Shown here piece after piece: positions 40,606-49,231 of a stretch of DNA of 64,000 nucleotides (the stretch's first letter is position 1; each line of letters opens with the position of its first letter). A program made the position numbers and the translations under genes. The stretch covers positions 75,107 to 139,106 of the forward strand of contig QHBO01000012.1 in the NCBI GenBank assembly GCA_003243965.1, written 5' to 3'. Source of the stretch: Chloroflexota bacterium. GTDB lineage: Bacteria > Chloroflexota > Limnocylindria > QHBO01. Under the pieces are notes generated by a model. It searched no databases, was not told where the DNA came from, and saw nothing but the letters and a program-made list of their open reading frames with translations.

Positions 40606-41709
40606 ATGACGTCGAGCCAGCGACGACCGGGGTTCCGACTTCCGTGGTCGGGCGACTCGGAGGCCGATGAGGGCCACGCGCACGACGCGCCGCCGAGGTC
40701 GTCGACCGACGCCGGGATGATCGCGGACGCGCCCGCAGCCGAGGCCGCGCCCGCGACGACGGCGACACGAGATGTCGACGCGCCTGCAGTCGAGGCCGTC
40801 GCCGAGGCGATCGAGCGGCCGAGCGAGCCACCCAACGAGTTCCTCAAGAGCCTGGTGTCGGCAATGCGTGGTGTCGCCGAGGAGTCCCGGGAGTCGAGCG
40901 TTCACGAGTTGCAGTCGACGATCGATACGCGCGTCGAGGAGATGCGCACCCGCTCTGCCGAAGAGGCAGAGGACCTCGGCCGCCGCGCGGAGGTCGACAC
41001 GGAGGCGATCGCCGAATGGTCGCGGACCGAGATGGAGCGGATTCGCCAGGAGACCGATCGCAAGACGGAAACGCGCCGCAAGCAGCTGGACCGACAGCTG
41101 AGTGAGCATCAGCAGCGCACCGAGCGCGCGATCGAGTCGATGCAGTCGCGGGTCGAGGAGTACGAGCGCCAGCTCGGTGCCTTCTTCGCGCAGCTCGCGC
41201 AGATCGAGGACCCGGCAGAGTTCGTTGCCGCCGCCAAGCGGATACCGAGCTCGCCGGTCGCGGAGATCGGCGCCGAGTCGTCCGCGACGATCCCGACCGC
41301 CGCCTCGCTCGACGCGCGCCTGGCCCAGCTCAGTGGCCCGGAGACGAAGGCGGGAACCGGCGCCGAGGCGGGCAAGAACGGGAGCGGCGCAGCGTCCCGC
41401 AGCGCGACCGACAAGGCTGCAGAGCAGCCCGATGGGGCGCCGGCTGACGACTCGGAATCGACGACACCGGTGGTGGTCAAGGGCCTGGGGAGCTTCGGTG
41501 CGATCACCACCTTCAAGCAGGCCCTGGAGCAGGTCGACGGCGTGGGCAGCGTGGCACTCAGCCTCGGCCCGACCGGGGAGTTCGTGTACCGCGCCACACA
41601 CCAGCCCGCATTCGACCTCGTCGCGGCCATCACCCGGGTCGAGCCATCCGCGTCGGTCGACGCGCAGGCCGACGGAACGCTGCGGGTGACGGTCACCCGC
41701 GGCCGTTGA
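40606..41709 (+). CDS. Hypothetical acidic coiled-coil protein with a conserved C-terminal globular domain
   Basis: 367 aa. Glu/Arg-rich heptad region (EEMRTRSAEEAEDL...RKQLDRQL), then a C-terminal 80-aa block VVVKGLGSFGAITTFKQALEQVDGVGSV...GTLRVTVTR. Confidence 0.5.
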   Translation: MTSSQRRPGFRLPWSGDSEADEGHAHDAPPRSSTDAGMIADAPAAEAAPATTATRDVDAPAVEAVAEAIERPSEPPNEFLKSLVSAMRGVAEESRESSVHELQSTIDTRVEEMRTRSAEEAEDLGRRAEVDTEAIAEWSRTEMERIRQETDRKTETRRKQLDRQLSEHQQRTERAIESMQSRVEEYERQLGAFFAQLAQIEDPAEFVAAAKRIPSSPVAEIGAESSATIPTAASLDARLAQLSGPETKAGTGAEAGKNGSGAASRSATDKAAEQPDGAPADDSESTTPVVVKGLGSFGAITTFKQALEQVDGVGSVALSLGPTGEFVYRATHQPAFDLVAAITRVEPSASVDAQADGTLRVTVTRGR

Positions 41710-41719
41710 GGATCGCTGC

Positions 41720-41960
41720 TGCCCGCCCGATGCTAGACTCGCCGCCGCGGCGGTGACCGTGAGGAGTACCCCTCCATCGGCTTTCCAGAGACGACGGGCC
41801 AGCGGCTGAGAGCCCGTCCGGGTGCGAGAGGGCGAAGGTCGCACGTGAGCCGCGCGGGATCCGCCCGATAGCGCGGAAATGAGGGCGACGGCCGGACTCC
41901 GGGGTCGCCGAACGAAGGTGGTACCACGGCCCGTTCGTCCTTCGACGAGCGGGTCGTCTG
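41720..41960 (+). promoter_or_regulatory. Probable T-box riboswitch leader upstream of valS (candidate GUC specifier)
   Basis: T-box consensus-like GGTGGTACCACGG at 41917-41929, with a UGGU bulge that can pair a tRNA ACCA end. Upstream AGAGA/GAGAG elements and GGTC at 41837-41840 fit a Stem-I specifier region. A GC hairpin precedes, and a candidate terminator lies at 41925-41960 before the valS SD. Confidence 0.5.
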
Positions 41961-41974
41961 TGTATGCGAAAGAG

Positions 41975-44698
41975 GTGGCGGGATTGTCGGCAGGCGTCGA
42001 GCAGCTCGCGCCCCGGTACGACGCGGCGGCGGTCGAGGGTCGGATCTACGCGCGCTGGCTTGGGAGCGGGGCATTTGCGCCGCCCCTCGAACCGGCGGCA
42101 GGCGCGCGCCGCTTCGTGATCACCATGCCGCCACCGAATGTGACCGGCGCCCTGCACATCGGTCATGCGCTGACCTTCACGGTCGAGGACATTCTGGTCC
42201 GCTACCACCGCATGCGGGGCGACGACACGCTCTGGGTGCCGGGCGTCGACCACGCGAGCATCGGCGCGCAGTTCGTGCTCGACCGCATCCTCGCCGAGGA
42301 GGGAGAGACGCGTGCCTCCCTGGGTCGCGAGCGATACCTGGCGCGCATGTGGCGCTTCATGGACGAGACGCGCGACGTCATCGGTCAGCAGCTTCAGCGG
42401 CTGGGCGCTTCCGCCGACTGGTCACGCAACCGCTTCACGATGGACCCCGTGAGTGCCCGCGCCGTGCGCACCGCATTCCGGCGGCTGTGGGATGCCGGGC
42501 TCGCGTACCGGGGCGAAGCGCTCGTCAACTGGTGCCCCCGCTGTCGTACCACGGTGAGCGACCTCGAGAATGTCCACCGTGAGGAGGCCGGTACGCTGTG
42601 GACCATCCGCTACCACCTTGCCGGTCCGGACGCCGGACCGGACCCCGAGCGCTGGATCAGCATCGCCACCACGCGGCCGGAGACGCTGCTCGGCGACACC
42701 GCCATCGCCGTCCATCCCGACGACGACCGCCACCGAGCGCTGATCGGCCAGCAGGTGCTGCTCCCGTTCCTCGGGAAGCGGCTGCCGATCATCGCCGACG
42801 CGGCGGTCGATCCGGCGTTCGGCACCGGGGCGGTGAAGATTACGCCGGCTCATGACCCGAACGACTACGCGACCGGCAGGCGACATGGCCTCGAGATGGT
42901 CAGCGTTTTCGATGAGGAGGCCCGGGTCAACGATGCGGGTGGCCCGTTCGCGGGCCTGGACCGCTACGAAGCCCGGCGTCGGATTCTCGACGCGCTCCGT
43001 CAGGCGGGGGACCTCGAGGCAGAGCGGCCGCACGAGATGGTGGTCGGCCACTGCGAGCGCTGCGGCACGGTGATCGAGCCTCGACTCAGCGTGCAGTGGT
43101 TTGTGCGGACACGACCTCTGGCAGAGCGGGCGCTCGCGTCGGTGCGCGAGGGGCGGACCCGCATCGTGCCAGCGCGGTTCGAAAAGGTGTACCGCCACTG
43201 GATGGAGAACATCCTCGACTGGGCGGTGGGCCGCCAGCTGTGGTGGGGTCACCGAATCCCGGCCTGGTACTGCCCCGACGGCCACATCACGGTCTCTGAT
43301 GACGAGGCCGGACCGAGCGCCTGTGCCGAGTGCCGGCTGCCGGCGACCGAGCTTCGCCAGGAGAGGGACATCTTTGACACCTGGTTCAGCAGCGCGCTGT
43401 GGCCGTTCAGCACGCTCGGATGGCCGGAATCGACGCCGGATCTGGCCCGCTTCTACCCCACCACCCTGATGGAGACCGGCTACGACATCCTTTTCTTCTG
43501 GGTGGCCCGGATGATGATGATGGGCCTGTTCTGCACCGATGCCGAGCCCTTCTCGACGGTGTACCTGCATGGGCTGGTCCGCGCTGGCGGCGGCGTGAAG
43601 ATGAGCAAGACGAAGGGCAACGCGCTCGACCCGCTGGAGGTGATCGACGAGATCGGCGCCGATGCGCTCCGCCTCGCGCTGATCATCGGTACCTCGCCGG
43701 GGAGCGACCAGCGCCTGACCCAGGCCAAGCTCGACGGCGGACGCAACTTCGCGAACAAGCTGTGGAACGTCGCCCGATTCGTACTCGGTGCGCGTCCCGA
43801 GGCGCTGGAGCTCGGCGGAGCGGCCCCCACGCTCGCCGAACGGTGGATCCGGTCCCGGCTGGCGGACGTCACGGAGCGCGCCACTCGGCAGTTCGAGGAG
43901 CTGGACCTGGCCGGATATGCGGCCACCATCCAGGAGTTCGCATGGAGCGACTACTGCGACTGGTTCGTCGAGATGGCCAAGGTTGACCTGCGGGGCGGCG
44001 GGTCCGCGGCGGATCGCGCCCGCGCATGGGTCGCGTTGGCCGATGTGCTCGCCGACCTGCTTCACCTCCTGCATCCGCTGATGCCGTTCATCACTGAGGC
44101 GATCTGGGAGGCGCTCGGCACCGCGCGCGACGATCCGGGGAGATCGAGCCTGCTGATGAGCGCTGCCTGGCCGACCGCCGGGGAGCGCGACCGTGCGGCG
44201 GAGGCCGAATACGCGGCGTCAGCCGAGCTGGTGCGCGCGATCCGGAACCTGCGCACTGAACTCGGCGCGCCTGCAGGAGCATGGCTGCCGCTCGAGGTCG
44301 TGCCGGCCGGAGCTGACGACCGCGAGCGGATCGTGCGCTCGCTGCGCTACATCGAGCCGCTGGCGCGCGTGCGGCCAATCCGGGTCGCCGAGCCAGACGA
44401 CGCGCACGCGCGCCCGGCCGCGCTCGCCGCCACCCCCGGCGCGACCGCCTGGTTCGCAGAGGTGGCGGGCGGCGAGGAGACGCTCGCCGGGCGCGATCGG
44501 CAGCGATCGGAGCTGGATACGGCCATCAGCAGGGTCGCGAACCTGCTCGCCAACGAGGACTTCCGCAGCCGGGCCCCGGCGGCGGTCGTGGCTCGTGAGG
44601 AGGCCCGCCTCGCTGACCTGCAGCATCGGCGACGGCAGCTGGCGCCATCCGACGAGGCCCAATCGGGCTATGGCGCACCCGCCCGAGGGGATCTATGA
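41975..44698 (+). CDS. valS: Valyl-tRNA synthetase
   Basis: HIGH motif (ALHIGHALT), KMSKT motif (VKMSKTKGN) and a C-terminal coiled coil. Start is ambiguous: GTG 41975 chosen; GTG 41960 and TTG 41984 are also in frame. The ORF track ATG at 41879 lies inside the leader. Confidence 0.85.
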   Translation: MAGLSAGVEQLAPRYDAAAVEGRIYARWLGSGAFAPPLEPAAGARRFVITMPPPNVTGALHIGHALTFTVEDILVRYHRMRGDDTLWVPGVDHASIGAQFVLDRILAEEGETRASLGRERYLARMWRFMDETRDVIGQQLQRLGASADWSRNRFTMDPVSARAVRTAFRRLWDAGLAYRGEALVNWCPRCRTTVSDLENVHREEAGTLWTIRYHLAGPDAGPDPERWISIATTRPETLLGDTAIAVHPDDDRHRALIGQQVLLPFLGKRLPIIADAAVDPAFGTGAVKITPAHDPNDYATGRRHGLEMVSVFDEEARVNDAGGPFAGLDRYEARRRILDALRQAGDLEAERPHEMVVGHCERCGTVIEPRLSVQWFVRTRPLAERALASVREGRTRIVPARFEKVYRHWMENILDWAVGRQLWWGHRIPAWYCPDGHITVSDDEAGPSACAECRLPATELRQERDIFDTWFSSALWPFSTLGWPESTPDLARFYPTTLMETGYDILFFWVARMMMMGLFCTDAEPFSTVYLHGLVRAGGGVKMSKTKGNALDPLEVIDEIGADALRLALIIGTSPGSDQRLTQAKLDGGRNFANKLWNVARFVLGARPEALELGGAAPTLAERWIRSRLADVTERATRQFEELDLAGYAATIQEFAWSDYCDWFVEMAKVDLRGGGSAADRARAWVALADVLADLLHLLHPLMPFITEAIWEALGTARDDPGRSSLLMSAAWPTAGERDRAAEAEYAASAELVRAIRNLRTELGAPAGAWLPLEVVPAGADDRERIVRSLRYIEPLARVRPIRVAEPDDAHARPAALAATPGATAWFAEVAGGEETLAGRDRQRSELDTAISRVANLLANEDFRSRAPAAVVAREEARLADLQHRRRQLAPSDEAQSGYGAPARGDL

Positions 44699-44728
44699 AT
44701 CCTTCGCTCATCGAATCGAGGGATTGGC

Positions 44729-45466
44729 ATGGTGTTCCTCAGGCGCCGCCGGCGAACCGACGCGTCTGGCCCTCCTCCGCCGCAGGCCGTGCAGGAAGAG
44801 GTGACGGCGCAGCAGTTCGCGCTGAAGCTGACCTATCTGGCGAGGACCAGCAACGGGCTTCGGCTGCGGGCTGATTCCCGGCTCCTGGCGCTGCTGCCGG
44901 GGATCGTCGCCCCGTTGAGCCATACGCCGGTCGAGGCGCTGCCTCCGCTGCCGGTCGAGCAGAGCGACGCATCGCCGCGGATCGAGCGCTTCGAGGAGCT
45001 GCAGCGCTGGGTGGCAGCGCGTTCCACGGTGGGCGCCATCGGCCGCCACGCGCTGTTGGTGCTGGAGCTCACCGACGCCATCGACATGACCGTCGACTCG
45101 CTCGCCTGCGGCCTCCTGCACGGCGACACCGACACCACCGGATACCCCGAGTACAACGCCATCGTTGGCGGGCTCGCCAGCCACTGGGATGAGCTGTCGG
45201 GCGAGCCGATCGTGCGCTCCGTTGTGGCGTGGGGCGGCAAGGGGGTGCGTGGTGACACGGAGCGTATCGGCCAGCGGATGCTGTCCGCGCTCTACCAACA
45301 GGTGCTGGCCAGCGGGTACACGATCGGGACCTCTGACGGCGTGCGCCTGGGTGCCGGTTCCAGACGCGGTGACGGCCTGGCCTGCACGCACTGTGGCTTC
45401 GAGACGGGGAGCGCAGCCGCCTTCTACTGTCCGAAATGCGGGATGCGGATGGCGCGCGGCGCATGA
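44729..45466 (+). CDS. Hypothetical protein with a C-terminal zinc ribbon
   Basis: 245 aa ending CTHCGFE...FYCPKCG. Confidence 0.5.
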   Translation: MVFLRRRRRTDASGPPPPQAVQEEVTAQQFALKLTYLARTSNGLRLRADSRLLALLPGIVAPLSHTPVEALPPLPVEQSDASPRIERFEELQRWVAARSTVGAIGRHALLVLELTDAIDMTVDSLACGLLHGDTDTTGYPEYNAIVGGLASHWDELSGEPIVRSVVAWGGKGVRGDTERIGQRMLSALYQQVLASGYTIGTSDGVRLGAGSRRGDGLACTHCGFETGSAAAFYCPKCGMRMARGA

Positions 45467-45591
45467 CGGGGTGGGCCGACCGTCGAGGGGTACCTTCGCC
45501 GGGGCCTCCCAGGCCGGAGTCCCATTGTCGTCAGGGTGGGTCTGGCGAACACTGGTGCGGTCCGCGACCGTAGAAGCACCAGAAGGAAGCA

Positions 45592-46812
45592 ATGGCACGA
45601 CCGATCGTCCTGCTGGCGTTCTTTCCCGATGTCTCCGGGTATCGGGAGGCCCTGGAACTCGCCGGCTTTGAAGCGCTCACCGATCCTTCGGAGGCCGTGC
45701 AGCGGATGGAAGCCGGGCGCGGTCCTGACCTCGCCGTGCTTGACACCGACGGCGCGGCCGAAGGCCTCGCGGCGACGTACGCGCGACTGCACGCCAATCC
45801 GACGGTGCCGACGCTTCTCCTGTTCAGTGTCGACCCGCCGATGTTCGAGGGCACGGCCGAAACCGCGGCAAGCGACGAGTACATCCTCAAGCCGGTGCCG
45901 CCCACCGCGCTCGTCTACCGACTCCAGGCCTCACTGATCCGCACCGGCCACGCGCTGCCCGGCGAGTCCGGGTCGTGGGCGGATGCAGAGTCGCTCGCCC
46001 AGGCGCCCGTAGCCGGCGAGGGTCATGTGATCAGCGTCTTCGCTCCCAAGGGCGGGGTGGGAAAGACCACCATCTCGGTCAATGTCGCCGTGGCGCTCCG
46101 GGAGCAGACGCGATCGTCGGTGCTCCTCCTCGACGCCGACGTGGGTGTCGGGAATGTCACCTCGGTCCTGCAGGTCCCATTTCGGATCGGACTCGCGGAC
46201 CTCGCGGACTCGCCGCCATCGGATTGGACCGACGCCGCGTTCGAGCACGTGGTCTGCACGCACCCTGAGAGCGGCCTCCGAGTGCTGACCTGGGGAAACG
46301 ACCCGGGAGACTCGGAGCGGGTGAATGTCGATCTGCTGCTTGCCGCGCTCAGGTGGGCGCGTCGGCAGCACGCATACGTGGTGGTGGACAACCATCCGGG
46401 CTACGACGACCGCACCATGGCAATGCTCACCGTCGCATCCGAGATCCTTCTGGTCGTCACGCCGGAGGTCGGGCCACTGAAGAACAGCGCTCAGTTCGTC
46501 GAGCTCGCTCGGCAGGTCGGCCTCGCCGACCACATCCGGGTCGTGGCCAATCGGGCCAACCATGGCGTCAAGGTTGCCCAGATGTCGGAGACGCTCGGCC
46601 TGCCGGTGCTTGCCACCGTGATCTCGAACGGACCGAAGGCGGTGATGGCCGCCAATGAAGGCCGCCCGCTCATCACCAAGTTCCCCAGGGAGAAGATCAG
46701 CACGGACCTGCACAACGTGGCGCGGCTGATCACGCGGCAGACGGTGACGACGACCGGTCCGGCAGGGCGACGCTGGTGGCTGCCGTTCGCGTCCCGCACG
46801 TCCCAGGCCTGA
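45592..46812 (+). CDS. Receiver-like domain fused to a ParA/MinD-type ATPase (CpaE/TadZ-like architecture)
   Basis: N-terminal roughly 120 aa is CheY-like (LAVLDTDG). It is followed by the deviant Walker A VFAPKGGVGKTTISVN and a MinD-like fold. The SD AGAAGGAAG precedes the ATG. Confidence 0.7.
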   Translation: MARPIVLLAFFPDVSGYREALELAGFEALTDPSEAVQRMEAGRGPDLAVLDTDGAAEGLAATYARLHANPTVPTLLLFSVDPPMFEGTAETAASDEYILKPVPPTALVYRLQASLIRTGHALPGESGSWADAESLAQAPVAGEGHVISVFAPKGGVGKTTISVNVAVALREQTRSSVLLLDADVGVGNVTSVLQVPFRIGLADLADSPPSDWTDAAFEHVVCTHPESGLRVLTWGNDPGDSERVNVDLLLAALRWARRQHAYVVVDNHPGYDDRTMAMLTVASEILLVVTPEVGPLKNSAQFVELARQVGLADHIRVVANRANHGVKVAQMSETLGLPVLATVISNGPKAVMAANEGRPLITKFPREKISTDLHNVARLITRQTVTTTGPAGRRWWLPFASRTSQA

Positions 46813-46972
46813 GACCCGCGCGGCCCTTCCCGCTACAAGCGCATGCCGCATCATCCGGATGCAGTGCGCGCGGCAGTCGTTGCGCGGGCCGCCATCCACT
46901 GCCATCATGCGCCGGGCCGTTCCGACGCAACGCTTCTCGTCCTGCCGCCGCCGGCTCCCACTGACCGATGAG

Positions 46973-47419
46973 ATGCCGACCTACGATTACCGCTGCCGAT
47001 CGTGCGGGCATACGATCGAAGTCATCCACTCCATGCTCGACAAGGGCCCCAGCTCCTGCGGGGTATGCGGTGGCGAGCTGAAGCGCGTCTTCTACCCGAC
47101 CGGAATCATCTTCAAGGGAAGCGGCTTCTACAAGACCGATTCACGGCGAGCGGACCGACGGCCGTCGACCGCCGACGGATCGTCCTCGGGATCGCCCGCC
47201 TCGAGCGGCGACGGATCGTCGGCGACGGCCGGTTCCGGCTCCGGTGGCTCAAGCTCAAGCTCCGGCTCCAGCTCAAGCTCGGGCTCCGGCGGCTCAAGCT
47301 CGGGCTCGGGCGGCTCCGGCTCCAGGGAGGGGGGCCACGGCGCCAACTCCACCGAAGGGGGCAGCACGAGCCCATCGGCACCGCCACGCAAGGCTTCGTC
47401 GGGCTCCGAAGGCGACTGA
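46973..47419 (+). CDS. FmdB-family zinc-ribbon protein with a Gly/Ser-rich C-terminal tail
   Basis: MPTYDYRCRSCGH...CGVCGG CxxC...CxxC ribbon, then about 90 aa of G/S low complexity. Confidence 0.65.
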   Translation: MPTYDYRCRSCGHTIEVIHSMLDKGPSSCGVCGGELKRVFYPTGIIFKGSGFYKTDSRRADRRPSTADGSSSGSPASSGDGSSATAGSGSGGSSSSSGSSSSSGSGGSSSGSGGSGSREGGHGANSTEGGSTSPSAPPRKASSGSEGD

Positions 47420-47453
47420 TCGGCGCGTGCCGCTCGGCGCCACGCGCCGATCA
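47417..47453. terminator. Bidirectional GC hairpin between convergent genes; both stop codons lie in the arms
   Basis: TGATCGGCGCGTG-(11 nt)-CACGCGCCGATCA: 13-bp perfect inverted repeat read directly. The arms begin with the FmdB TGA and end with the complement of the downstream gene's TGA. Confidence 0.45.
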
Positions 47454-49103
47454 GGCCGAACGGGTCTGAGGTGACCCGCAGCGACGGCAGAAGCGCGCCG
47501 ATGCCGAAAGAGAGAGGCCGCAGCTGTCGCAGCTCTGGATGGCGACCGCGCTGATGCCCTCGGCCACTTGGCGAGCCGACGCGTCCCAGATGGTCTCGGC
47601 TTCACCGCCGCGGCCGCGAGCTTCTCGCTCGGACCGATGCGGACCCGCACCGGACGAGCGGTAGGGGAGGCTCACCGGCTGCGCGGGCGCGACCGTCCCG
47701 CGGCCCGGATCTTCGAGCCCGAGAAGGTCGAACTGCGCCTTGCGACCGGCGAGCGACGGACCATCCGCCTCCGCCGCGAGGCGGTCGCCGGTAGGGGCGA
47801 TCGATCGACCGCGGACGAGGGTCGCGCCGATGGGGGTGATCGGACCGCGGGCCGGCATCGCCTCGACCTTGGGCTCGACATGCTCCCCCTCGGGCTCCGT
47901 GGCGGCATGGGGTGGACTCGCCGGCCGGGTGCCGGTGGGCGCACGGATCGCCGCGTCCGGGTCGAGCTCGTTCTGGGACGACTCGGGGAGCTCAGCGGCG
48001 ACGTCCTGCTCGACGCTCGTCTCGACGAGCAGGGGCGACGGCGGCGCCATGGGCCGCTCGATCGCCTCGTTGGCGGCAAGATCCTTCGAGACCGCCGCCT
48101 CGGCAACGACGTCCGGCATCACCTCGCTGTCGGCGACCTCCGGCTCCGAGACCGCCGCCGCCTCGGCAACGACGTCCGGCATCACGGCGTCCTCGGATAC
48201 GGCGGGCGCGGGTTCCGCGGCGGCGCCCTGAATCGTGGCGGGCGGTTCCAGTCGCTGGGCCCCGTCGCTGACGGACGTGATCGGCTCGGCCGGCGCCGGC
48301 TCGAGCTCGAACGCAACGTCCTGCTCCCAGCTGACCGGCACGGGGGGAGGCGCCGATTCGGTTTCGGGGCCCGCGGCGACCGCCTCGTGCGCCAGTTCGG
48401 CGAGCGTCGGCTGCGGCACAGCGTCCGCCTCGTGGATTCCCTCCTCCAGGATCACCGGAGGAGGGTCACTCGGCGCCGCCGACGGTGCAGATTCACGCAC
48501 GGTCGGCGCGATCTCAGCTGCGGGAGACTGCTCCTCTGCGGTGGGCGCCTCCGATCGAGCCGCTGCCGCCACCGGCGTCTCGAGATCGATGACTCGATCT
48601 GTCAGACCTTGCGGGTCGAAGCTGCCGACTCGATCCGCGAGGTCGCTGTGCGGCCAGGTGTCAACACGCCCCTCGCCGTCCTCTTCCACGCGCGCACCCG
48701 GGCCGGGGTCCGGCGCCGGTGGAGTGGCGAGTGCGGCGGGGACGGCCACCCCGGGCGTCGACGATGGAATGCCGGTCGGTTCGTTCCCCTCCTCCGTAGG
48801 AGCGCAGGTCCGGCAGCACCACATCGCGTCGTTCCAGCAGGCCACGCACGTGTACTGGCGGCACGTCATGCAGAAGTTGAACGACTCTCCGAACGCGTCG
48901 AGCTGGCGCGCCGCCAGGTGATCATGCTCGGTGCGGATGGCTCTACCGATCGCGTCGCCCAACGCATCCTGGCTCATGAGGTAGTTCTTCAGCCCCGCGA
49001 CCACGCCCCGGGTCCTGCGCAGCGGGTTGAGCCGGGTGGGGGAGGCGATCCGGTAGCGCGTGCCGCAGCGTTCGCAGAAGGATTCGGTGAGGGCTTGCGA
49101 CAT
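47451..49103 (-). CDS. Hypothetical protein: N-terminal Cys-rich zinc-binding module, long disordered Pro/Ala/Glu-rich region with an internal repeat, C-terminal zinc ribbon
   Basis: N-terminus has CERCG...CMTCRQYTCVACWNDAMWCCRTC. C-terminus has CDSCG...CRRCG. The middle about 400 aa is low complexity with a duplicated VMPDVVAEAA block. Confidence 0.55.
   Translation of the reverse strand: MSQALTESFCERCGTRYRIASPTRLNPLRRTRGVVAGLKNYLMSQDALGDAIGRAIRTEHDHLAARQLDAFGESFNFCMTCRQYTCVACWNDAMWCCRTCAPTEEGNEPTGIPSSTPGVAVPAALATPPAPDPGPGARVEEDGEGRVDTWPHSDLADRVGSFDPQGLTDRVIDLETPVAAAARSEAPTAEEQSPAAEIAPTVRESAPSAAPSDPPPVILEEGIHEADAVPQPTLAELAHEAVAAGPETESAPPPVPVSWEQDVAFELEPAPAEPITSVSDGAQRLEPPATIQGAAAEPAPAVSEDAVMPDVVAEAAAVSEPEVADSEVMPDVVAEAAVSKDLAANEAIERPMAPPSPLLVETSVEQDVAAELPESSQNELDPDAAIRAPTGTRPASPPHAATEPEGEHVEPKVEAMPARGPITPIGATLVRGRSIAPTGDRLAAEADGPSLAGRKAQFDLLGLEDPGRGTVAPAQPVSLPYRSSGAGPHRSEREARGRGGEAETIWDASARQVAEGISAVAIQSCDSCGLSLSASARFCRRCGSPQTRSA
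48089..48186. repeat. Imperfect tandem duplication, about 60-nt period, inside the disordered-protein gene
   Basis: gagaccgccgcc(gcc)tcggcaacgacgtccggcatcac occurs at 48089-48123 and again at 48149-48186. Confidence 0.8.
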
Positions 49104-49231
49104 CGGGTCTTCGACATCCTTCGGGAGTGGCGGCTCGGGAGCCGAAGAATACGAGCCGCCACCTGCTCTCCCAAGGACGCATTGGTACCCGTCGGGAAGC
49201 CGTTCGTACCGTGCGTGCTAGCATCGGCCCG

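Noticed and set aside
45592-46812. Calling the REC-ATPase a Tad/Flp pilus TadZ
   Set aside because: Its architecture matches CpaE/TadZ, but no tad or cpa secretion genes are in the window. It is left as a generic receiver-ParA/MinD-like ATPase.
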